30,077 bases of DNA from Methanobacteriota archaeon (GTDB lineage Archaea > Hydrothermarchaeota > Hydrothermarchaeia > Hydrothermarchaeales > JACQPM01). Positions 23,721 to 30,077 of this stretch are shown here, piece by piece. The position numbers and the translations under genes are program-made. Numbering within the stretch: position 1 is the stretch's first letter; each line of letters opens with the position of its first letter. The notes under the pieces are model-generated. The model saw only the letters and a list, made by a program, of their open reading frames with translations. It searched no databases and had not been told where the DNA came from. The DNA is taken from NCBI GenBank assembly GCA_016207475.1, contig JACQPM010000136.1:1-30077 (forward strand), in the 5' to 3' direction.

Positions 23721-24890
23721 CTACTTCCGCACCCTCTTCAGCGCGAACTTGGCTATGAGTCTGCGCATTATTTCGGAGGTGCCCTCGCCGATGGTCATGA
23801 GCTTGGCGTCCCTCCAGTGGCGATGGACATCCCACTGGTCCGCGTAGCCCCGGGCCCCGTGAATCTGGATCGCCTCGTCGCAGACGTAGAGGGCCGCCTC
23901 GGAGGCCAGGAGCTTGGCCTGGGAGGCCTCGGGCGCAAAGAACTCGCCGCGGTCCTTGAGGTTTGCGGCGTGGTAGGCCATGAGACGGGAAGCTGTTATG
24001 CGGGTCTGCATATCCGCAAGCTTCCCCTGTATGAGCTGGAACTCCGCTATGGGCCTCTTGAACTGGACCCGCTCCGCGGCGAACCGGAGGCTCTTCTCGT
24101 AGGCCGCCGAGGCTATCCCCACGGCCATGGCCGCTATGGTGATCCGCCCGCTGTTGAGCATCAGCTTGGCGTAGGTGAAGCCCTTCCCCTCCCCCCCCAC
24201 CAGGTTCTCCCTGGGGACCCGGCAGTCCTTGAAGACTATCCCGCCCAGCTCCGAGCCCCGGAAGCCCAGCTTCTCGAAGGGCTTGACGTGGCTCATGCCG
24301 GTGGCCCCCTTCTCCACCAAGAAGGCGGAGTGCTTTTTGCCGGTCCTGGCGAAGACGAAGGCCACGTCCGCCTTGGAGGCGTTGGTGATGAAGAGCTTGG
24401 AGCCGTTCAGGACGTACTCGTCTCCCTCCAGGACGGCCTCGGTCCGCATGGCCCCCGCATCGGAGCCGGAGCCGCTCTCCGTTAAGGCGAAGCAGCCGAG
24501 CCTCTCACCCTTCACCAAGGATGGGAGGAAGCGCTCCTTGAGATCGGTGCTCCCGAAGGTGTGGATCCCGTTGCAGACGGTGTTGTGTATCGCAATGGAG
24601 ACGGAGGTGGAGGCGCAGGCCTTGGAGACCAGCTCCACGGCGGCGGTGTAGACCAAGAAGGGGAGCTCCTCCCCCCCGTACTCCTTGGGGAAGGAGAGGC
24701 CGATCACCCCTTCTCTTGCCAGGAGGGCTATGGCCTCTCGGGGGAAGATGGCCCCCTGGTCCACTTCCTTTGCCTTGGGGGCCACCTCTCGTTCCAGGAG
24801 CGCGCCTATCTCCTCCAGCCTGGCGTTGTACCTATCGCCCACGAAGGCCTCCAAGGCCCTCCTCTGGTCGGTGCTGTAGAAAGGCATCAC
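23721..24890 (-). CDS. Acyl-CoA dehydrogenase (short/branched-chain type)
   Basis: FALTESGSGSDA, NGSKLFITN, IQIHGARGY, and IGEGTSEI carrying the catalytic Glu. Confidence 0.93.
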   Translation of the reverse strand: MMPFYSTDQRRALEAFVGDRYNARLEEIGALLEREVAPKAKEVDQGAIFPREAIALLAREGVIGLSFPKEYGGEELPFLVYTAAVELVSKACASTSVSIAIHNTVCNGIHTFGSTDLKERFLPSLVKGERLGCFALTESGSGSDAGAMRTEAVLEGDEYVLNGSKLFITNASKADVAFVFARTGKKHSAFLVEKGATGMSHVKPFEKLGFRGSELGGIVFKDCRVPRENLVGGEGKGFTYAKLMLNSGRITIAAMAVGIASAAYEKSLRFAAERVQFKRPIAEFQLIQGKLADMQTRITASRLMAYHAANLKDRGEFFAPEASQAKLLASEAALYVCDEAIQIHGARGYADQWDVHRHWRDAKLMTIGEGTSEIMRRLIAKFALKRVRK

Positions 24891-25321
24891 CCCTCCGGCA
24901 CGAAGTAGACGTCCGTGGCCCTGAACTTGGGTTTCTTCAGGAACTGGGCTCTGACCCGCATCCCGACCTTGACCTCCCCCTCACCGGCACCCACGAGCCT
25001 GGAGAGGAAGAGGGTGTCGACTCCCCTGAACTCCACCAGGACGAGGTGGAACGGCTCCTCCAGGTAGCAGGTGGTCCAGGTATGGACCCTCCCCGCCAGC
25101 GGGAGGTCGAACCAGGCCGTCTCCTTGCCGCACTCCATGCAGTGCCGCCTGGGCGTTGCATACCTTATCCCACACCCCTTGCACTCGGTCCCCAGGAGCC
25201 TCCCCTGGGAGAGGCCCGCGAAGAAGGGCGAGTCCTGGGCGTAGCTGTGGAGGTAGTCGATCTCGTGATGATCTTTTATGATGATGGGGTCGATGCCGGA
25301 GGGAGGCTGCGCCTTCTTCAT
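24887..25321 (-). CDS. DUF35 (Zn-ribbon + OB-fold) thiolase partner protein
   Basis: CKGC..PRRHCMEC zinc ribbon, then GRVHTWT..VKVGMRV OB fold; ATG overlaps the thiolase-like stop. Confidence 0.88.
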   Translation of the reverse strand: MKKAQPPSGIDPIIIKDHHEIDYLHSYAQDSPFFAGLSQGRLLGTECKGCGIRYATPRRHCMECGKETAWFDLPLAGRVHTWTTCYLEEPFHLVLVEFRGVDTLFLSRLVGAGEGEVKVGMRVRAQFLKKPKFRATDVYFVPEG

Positions 25322-26571
25322 CCCGCCCTCTCCAGTACCGTCACGGTGGAGTAGGTGCCGGTGCCCCCGTGGCTGTGGACCAGCCCCCGCCTTGCTCCCC
25401 TCACCTGGAGCCTCCGGGAGCCGAGGTGCTCCTTCATCTTCCCCTGGAGCTGCCATAATGCGAATACGGCCTGCATGAGCCCGGTGGCGCCTATGGGGTG
25501 GCCGCACCCCAGGAGCCCCCCCGAAGGGTTGACGGGGAGATCGCCTCCCAGGGCAGAGCGGCCCTCCTCCACGAAGGACCCGCCCTCGCCGTACCGGCAG
25601 AGCCCCAGGTCCTCGTAGGCCTGGATCTCCGCTGAGGTGTAGGCGTCGTAGAGCTCCGCGAAGTCCAGCTCCTCCCGCGGGTCCCTTATCCCGGCCTGGG
25701 CGTAGGCGGCCTTGGCAGCCATCCGATCCGCCCGGCAGGAGTGGACCCCAGGGTACCGGAGCCCTCGATAATCCCCAGCCCTCTCGTGGGGGAGGGGGAT
25801 CACCCGGCCGCGGGGCCGGTCCGCCATCCGCATGGTGTCGGTGCCGGCGCCCACGCCCTTGACCAGGACCGGATGGTCGGTTATCGAGAAGGTGGTCTCC
25901 CTGTCGCAGAGGATAGCCACCGCAGCGCCGTCGGACATGAGGGAGCAGTCGAGCCTCGTCAGGGGCCATGCGATAAGGCCCGAGGCGCGTACGTCCTCGA
26001 CGGTGAGCCTGGCCGGGGCCTGGGCGAATGGATTATGAACGGCGTTCCCGTGGTTCTTGACCGAGACCAGGGCCATCTGGTCCGCCGTCGTCCCGAACTC
26101 GTGCATGCGGCGGACTGCCATCATGGCGTAGTAGGCGGTGTAGAAGCCGCCGAGGGGGTAGTCGAAGTTCGTGTCGGAGGCGAGGGCTATGATCTCGTTC
26201 CCCTTCCGGGTGCTGACCCTGGACATCGTCTCGAAGCCGCAGGCCAGGCAGACGTCGGCACGCCCCGAGGCCACGGCCTCGTAGGCCGAGTGGATGGCCA
26301 GCCCCCCCGTGGCCCCGCCACCCTCGACCCTCCGGCTCGGCTTCGGGCAGAGGCCGAGGTAGTCCTGGACCATCGCCCCGGCCATGAGCTGCCTGGTGAA
26401 GTGGTCCGAGAAGTAGGAGCAGACCGTCATGCCGATGTCCTTGGGCTTTAGCTCCGGTACGTCGCCCATGGCCAGGTCGTAGGCCTCCTTTACCATCGTC
26501 CTGAAGTCCATCCTGGGCTGGGCCCTGGCGAAACGTGTCACCCCGCCGGCCACGAGATATACGTCCCTCAT
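25318..26571 (-). CDS. Thiolase-like (SCP-x type) protein lacking the N-terminal catalytic Cys
   Basis: Thiolase-fold motifs DCSLMSDGAA, NPSGGLLGCGHPIGATG, HSHGG; RVEGGGATGG in place of ExxCASG, and ELYDAY in place of ELHDAF. Confidence 0.85.
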   Translation of the reverse strand: MRDVYLVAGGVTRFARAQPRMDFRTMVKEAYDLAMGDVPELKPKDIGMTVCSYFSDHFTRQLMAGAMVQDYLGLCPKPSRRVEGGGATGGLAIHSAYEAVASGRADVCLACGFETMSRVSTRKGNEIIALASDTNFDYPLGGFYTAYYAMMAVRRMHEFGTTADQMALVSVKNHGNAVHNPFAQAPARLTVEDVRASGLIAWPLTRLDCSLMSDGAAVAILCDRETTFSITDHPVLVKGVGAGTDTMRMADRPRGRVIPLPHERAGDYRGLRYPGVHSCRADRMAAKAAYAQAGIRDPREELDFAELYDAYTSAEIQAYEDLGLCRYGEGGSFVEEGRSALGGDLPVNPSGGLLGCGHPIGATGLMQAVFALWQLQGKMKEHLGSRRLQVRGARRGLVHSHGGTGTYSTVTVLERAG

Positions 26572-27074
26572 CCCCTGTACTCCCGCACCAGCCGGACGTA
26601 CTCCTCCCAGTTATAGGCGATCTGCTTTATGTTATCCTCATCGGCCCCCTTCACCACCCGCCCCGGGACCCCCGCCACCACGGACCTGGGCGGTATCTTG
26701 GTGCCTATGGTCAGGACCGTCCCAGCGGCCACGATGGACCACTCCCCCACCTCCACCCTGTCCATGAGGATGGCCCCCATCCCTACGATGCAGTTCTCCC
26801 CCACCGTGCAGCCGTGGAGGATGGCGTTGTGCCCCACCGAGACCCTCCTCCCCAGGACGGTCTCCGATACCCCCCTGGTGGTGTGCACTATGCACCCGTC
26901 CTGGATGTTGCTCTCCTCCCCCACCCTTATGGGCCCCATGTCCCCCCTCAGGACGGCGTTGAACCAGACGCTGGACCTCTCCCCCAGGACCACGTCCCCT
27001 ATCACCCTGGCGCTCTCCTCCACGAAGGCCGTGGGGTGGACCTCAGGGGTCTTCCCTCGATAGGGGAGTATCAT
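26568..27074 (-). CDS. Gamma-class carbonic anhydrase family (CaiE/PaaY/YrdA-like)
   Basis: VWFNAVLRGD, NIQDGCIVH, VGHNAILHGC hexapeptide repeats with three His. Confidence 0.9.
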   Translation of the reverse strand: MILPYRGKTPEVHPTAFVEESARVIGDVVLGERSSVWFNAVLRGDMGPIRVGEESNIQDGCIVHTTRGVSETVLGRRVSVGHNAILHGCTVGENCIVGMGAILMDRVEVGEWSIVAAGTVLTIGTKIPPRSVVAGVPGRVVKGADEDNIKQIAYNWEEYVRLVREYRG

Positions 27075-28237
27075 AGCATCCTGACCGCCATGGAGACGGA
27101 GCCCCCGCCTCCCAGGCAGAGGCTGGCGAGGCCCAGCTCCTTCCTCCGGTCCTTGAGCGCGTGGAGGAGCGTAACGAGGATTCGCGCGCCGCTGGCCCCT
27201 ATGGGGTGCCCCAGCGCTATCGCCCCTCCGTGGACGTTCACCCTCTCAGGATCCATCCCCAGGTCCCTCATCACGGCTATGGCCTGGGATGCAAAGGCTT
27301 CGTTCTCCTCGATGAGGTCGAAATCCTCGATCCGGAGGCCCGTCTTGGCCAATAGCGCTCTCACAGAGACCGTGGGGGCGATGGGGAACCACTCCGGGGC
27401 CACATGCCCCGATGCATATCCCTCGATCCTGGCCATGGGCCTGAGCCCCAGCTCCTCGGCCCTGGACCTGGAGGCCACCAGGAGGGCTGCTGCGGCGTCG
27501 TTCAGCCCAGGCGCATTACCTGCGGTTATCGTCCCGTCGGGCTTGAAGGCCGGCTTGAGCCTGGCGAGCTTCTCCATGCTGGTGTCCCTCCTGGGCGGCT
27601 CGTCGGTATCGACCAGCCCGGTCTTCACCTTGACAGGGACTATCTCCTCCCGGAACTTCCCGGCATCCATGGCCGCCACGGCCCTCTGGTGGGACCTCAG
27701 GGCGAAGGCGTCCTGCTCCTCCCTCGGTATCTTGTAGCGCTCGGCCGTCAGCTCGCAGAGGGCCCCCATGGTGGCCCCCTTGTAGCAGTCCCAGAGGCCG
27801 TCGTGGATCATGGAGTCGACGAGGATGGCGTCGCCGTGCCTCTTCCCGAAGCGGAGGTCCGGGGACAGGTAGGGAGCCCTGGACATGGACTCCAGCCCCC
27901 CCGCCACTATGAGGTGGGCGTCCCCCGCCTTTATGGCCTGGGCAGCCAGCGCCACTGCCTTCAAGGCAGAGGCACAGACCTTGTTCACCGTGAGGGCCGC
28001 CACGCTGCTGGAGATCCCTGCATAGATGGCCGCCTGCCTGGCCGGGTTCTGGCCGAGGCCCGCCGGGAGGCAGTTCCCCATGATCACCTCGTCCAGGTCC
28101 CTGGGCTCGACGCCCGCCCTCTCCACGGCCGCCCTCACCGCCACGGCTCCCAGCTCCGTGGCTGGGACGGCGGAGAGGGCCCCCATGAGCTTCCCCACAG
28201 GGGTCCTGGCCGCCGATACGATGACCACTTCCTCCAT
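27071..28237 (-). CDS. Acetyl-CoA C-acyltransferase (canonical thiolase)
   Basis: All catalytic motifs are intact: NKVCAS, EENEAF, GHPIGASG, CLGGG. Confidence 0.95.
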   Translation of the reverse strand: MEEVVIVSAARTPVGKLMGALSAVPATELGAVAVRAAVERAGVEPRDLDEVIMGNCLPAGLGQNPARQAAIYAGISSSVAALTVNKVCASALKAVALAAQAIKAGDAHLIVAGGLESMSRAPYLSPDLRFGKRHGDAILVDSMIHDGLWDCYKGATMGALCELTAERYKIPREEQDAFALRSHQRAVAAMDAGKFREEIVPVKVKTGLVDTDEPPRRDTSMEKLARLKPAFKPDGTITAGNAPGLNDAAAALLVASRSRAEELGLRPMARIEGYASGHVAPEWFPIAPTVSVRALLAKTGLRIEDFDLIEENEAFASQAIAVMRDLGMDPERVNVHGGAIALGHPIGASGARILVTLLHALKDRRKELGLASLCLGGGGSVSMAVRML

Positions 28238-28241
28238 CCCG

Positions 28242-28970
28242 TCACCTCTCCAAGAATCGCTTCATCAGGGCCCTCTGCTCCTCGGTCCCGAAGAGCCTTG
28301 AGAAGGACTCCGCCTCCTTCCGATAGGAGCCCGAGTCTATGAGGGCCTTTGCTGCCTTGAGAGCCTTAGGAGGGTTGGAGGCCAGGGTCTTTGCCAGGGC
28401 CATTGCTTCTTCCATGAGCCGCTCTCTGGGGACCACCCTGTTGACCAGCCCCATGGAGAGGGCCTCGGCGGCCGTTATCTTCCTGCCTGTGAGGATCAGC
28501 TCTTTCGCCCTGAGCCTTCCCACGCGCTGGGGGAGCCTCTGGGTGCCGCCGGCCCCTGGGACGATCCCCAGGAGGACCTCCGGCTGGCCGAAGACCGCAT
28601 CCTCGGAGGCGATGGCCAGGTCGCAGGCCAGGACCAGCTCGCACCCCCCGCCCAGGGCATGGCCGTTCACCGCCGCCGCCACAGGTTTTGGCAGTCCCTC
28701 CAGGCCTGCCAAAACCTTCTGGAAGAGGAGGGAGAACCTCTTGGCCTCCCTCGTGGTGAAGTCTGCCATCTCCTTTATATCGGCCCCGGCAACGAAGGTC
28801 TTTCCCTCCCCGGTGATGAGGAGCACCCGGGAGTCGTCCCTGGCCAGGCCACGAAGGGCCTTCGAGAGGTCCCTCAGCACTGGGGTGGAGAAGAGGTTGA
28901 CCTTCGGCTGGTTGAAGGTCAGGAGGGCGATGGTACCCTTCCTCTCCAGACGGAAGCCCGTGTATTCTAT
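28242..28970 (-). CDS. Enoyl-CoA hydratase (crotonase family), apparently with a non-canonical ATA start
   Basis: FVAGADIKE, GGGCELVLACD and FGQPE (both catalytic Glu). Family N-terminus (IALLTFNQPKVN) lies upstream of the track GTG at 28880; GGAGG sits 7 nt before ATA 28970. Confidence 0.88.
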   Translation of the reverse strand: MEYTGFRLERKGTIALLTFNQPKVNLFSTPVLRDLSKALRGLARDDSRVLLITGEGKTFVAGADIKEMADFTTREAKRFSLLFQKVLAGLEGLPKPVAAAVNGHALGGGCELVLACDLAIASEDAVFGQPEVLLGIVPGAGGTQRLPQRVGRLRAKELILTGRKITAAEALSMGLVNRVVPRERLMEEAMALAKTLASNPPKALKAAKALIDSGSYRKEAESFSRLFGTEEQRALMKRFLER

Positions 28971-28987
28971 GGCGATGCCTCCCTACC

Positions 28988-29257
28988 TCACTTACCCTGG
29001 GCCCACCGCCGCAAGGTCTCGTAATCGACGGACCCGCAGAGCCACTTCCCGGTCCTCTTGTTGTAGAAGAAAGGGACCCCGCCGCAGTAACCCTTGTCCA
29101 GCTGGCGCATGAGGGCTGCGTTCTTCTCGTTGTGCCAGACCTCCAGCCTCTGTATCTCTATCCGCTCCTCTGCCCTGAGCCTCTCTATGAGGGGCTCCAC
29201 GGCCTTGCAGTGGACGCACTCGGTACCGTAGAACTCCAGGAGATCCTCCTCCGGCAT
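28988..29257 (-). CDS. Thioredoxin-fold protein
   Basis: ECVHC CxxC and GGVPFF cis-Pro motif. Confidence 0.8.
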   Translation of the reverse strand: MPEEDLLEFYGTECVHCKAVEPLIERLRAEERIEIQRLEVWHNEKNAALMRQLDKGYCGGVPFFYNKRTGKWLCGSVDYETLRRWAQGK

Positions 29258-29366
29258 GCCTCACCCCACTAATACCTTCCTCCTTCCCCTCTTCATATAT
29301 TTTTAGCCTGCTATGGGCAAGCACTCCCTCTACCCTTAAATAATCAGAGGCCTCATATAAAGTCCC

Positions 29367-30077
29367 ATGTCCGAGGCCTCCAAGGTCATCGAGAGGGACA
29401 GGAAGGTGATCCCAAACCTCACCAGGGCCCCCTATCCGCTGGTGGTGGAGAGGGCCGAGGGTTCCTACATCTGGGACAGGGACGGCAAGAAGTACCTGGA
29501 TTTTGCCTCGGGGATAGCGGTGGCTGCTGTTGGGCACAGCCACCCCCGGGTGAAGGAAGCCGTGAAAAGCCAGCTGGAGAAGGCCTCCCACGCGGCCTTC
29601 GCCGATTTTTATGCCGAGGTCCCGGTGGCACTGGCGGAGAGGCTCTGCCACATCACCGGCTACGGGAAGGTCTTCTTCTCCAACTCCGGGACCGAGGCCG
29701 TGGAGGCTGCCATCAAGCTGGCCCGGTTCCGCACCAAGAGGGGGAAGCTGGTGGCCTTCTACGGCGCCTTCCACGGACGGACCTACGGCTCCCTCTCCCT
29801 GACATCCTCCAAGCTCATCCACAAGACCCATCTGGGCCCCTTCCTCCCTGAGGTATACCATACGCCCTACGCCGACTGCTACCGCTGCCCCTTCGGGCGG
29901 GAGGAGCCCTGCGATACGGAGTGCGTAGCCTTTATGGAGGAGGTCCTCTTCAGGAGGGAGTGCAACCCCGAGGAGGTGGCCGCGGTGGTTACGGAGCCCA
30001 TCCAGGGAGAAGGCGGGATTATCGTTCCACCTCCTGAGTTCCATAAGAAGGTGAAGAGGCTCTGCAAGGTCCACGGG
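29367..30077 (+). CDS. Class III PLP-dependent aminotransferase (ornithine/GABA type), truncated by the window end
   Basis: Translated by hand from ATG 29367: YLDFASGIAV..VGHSHP, FFSNSGTEAVEAAIK, AFHGRT, EPIQGEGG; no stop in the window, so absent from the ORF track. Confidence 0.92.
   Translation, partial: MSEASKVIERDRKVIPNLTRAPYPLVVERAEGSYIWDRDGKKYLDFASGIAVAAVGHSHPRVKEAVKSQLEKASHAAFADFYAEVPVALAERLCHITGYGKVFFSNSGTEAVEAAIKLARFRTKRGKLVAFYGAFHGRTYGSLSLTSSKLIHKTHLGPFLPEVYHTPYADCYRCPFGREEPCDTECVAFMEEVLFRRECNPEEVAAVVTEPIQGEGGIIVPPPEFHKKVKRLCKVHG

Noticed and set aside
25322-25969. 360-aa version of the DUF35 gene in the ORF track
   Set aside because: The extension lies inside the thiolase-like gene in another frame; the real start is the overlapping ATG at 25321.
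1-30077. CRISPR array, transposase, integrase or prophage genes
   Set aside because: No regularly spaced repeats and no recognisable recombinase, transposase or viral motifs on either strand.

Overview
Archaeal chromosomal window, GC-rich (about 60-65% by eye in coding regions). The archaeal assignment rests on two tRNAs with bulge-helix-bulge introns, BRE/TATA promoters, a class III signal-peptide pilin, DUF63, an Lrp/AsnC-TRASH regulator and a thiolase/DUF35 pair; finer taxonomy cannot be set from sequence alone. (1) 37-2190: NifU, a 2-hydroxyacyl-CoA dehydratase-family Fe-S protein and its ATP-dependent activase. (2) 2195-4962: a tRNA-rich patch with tRNA-Pro(TGG), a small pilin bracketed by two covarying hairpins, a 37-aa eL41-like ribosomal protein missed by the ORF track, tRNA-Leu(TAG), a broken secreted hydrolase and a membrane-anchored protein. 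(3) 5092-17501: a copper/metal homeostasis cluster (CopA, CopR-like regulator, PCYCGC, 2x SHOCT, 2x DUF5676, Met/His/Cys-rich small proteins, a 528-aa Cys-rich fusion) with Rieske, cytochrome c, DUF63 and rhodanese genes embedded. (4) 17477-18332: a gene remnant and four SD-led micro-ORFs, including a stand-alone SEC-C peptide. (5) 18524-30077: lipoate ligase (LplB/LplA), 2-oxoacid dehydrogenase E1a/E1b/E2 with LipA, an acyl-CoA catabolic operon with a Cys-less thiolase-like protein plus DUF35, and a class III aminotransferase cut by the window end. No CRISPR array, integrase or transposase is visible. The strongest unexplained signals are the hairpin pair around the pilin, the duplicated 30-bp cop promoter element, the micro-ORF string and a possible aldolase-type acyl-CoA route.
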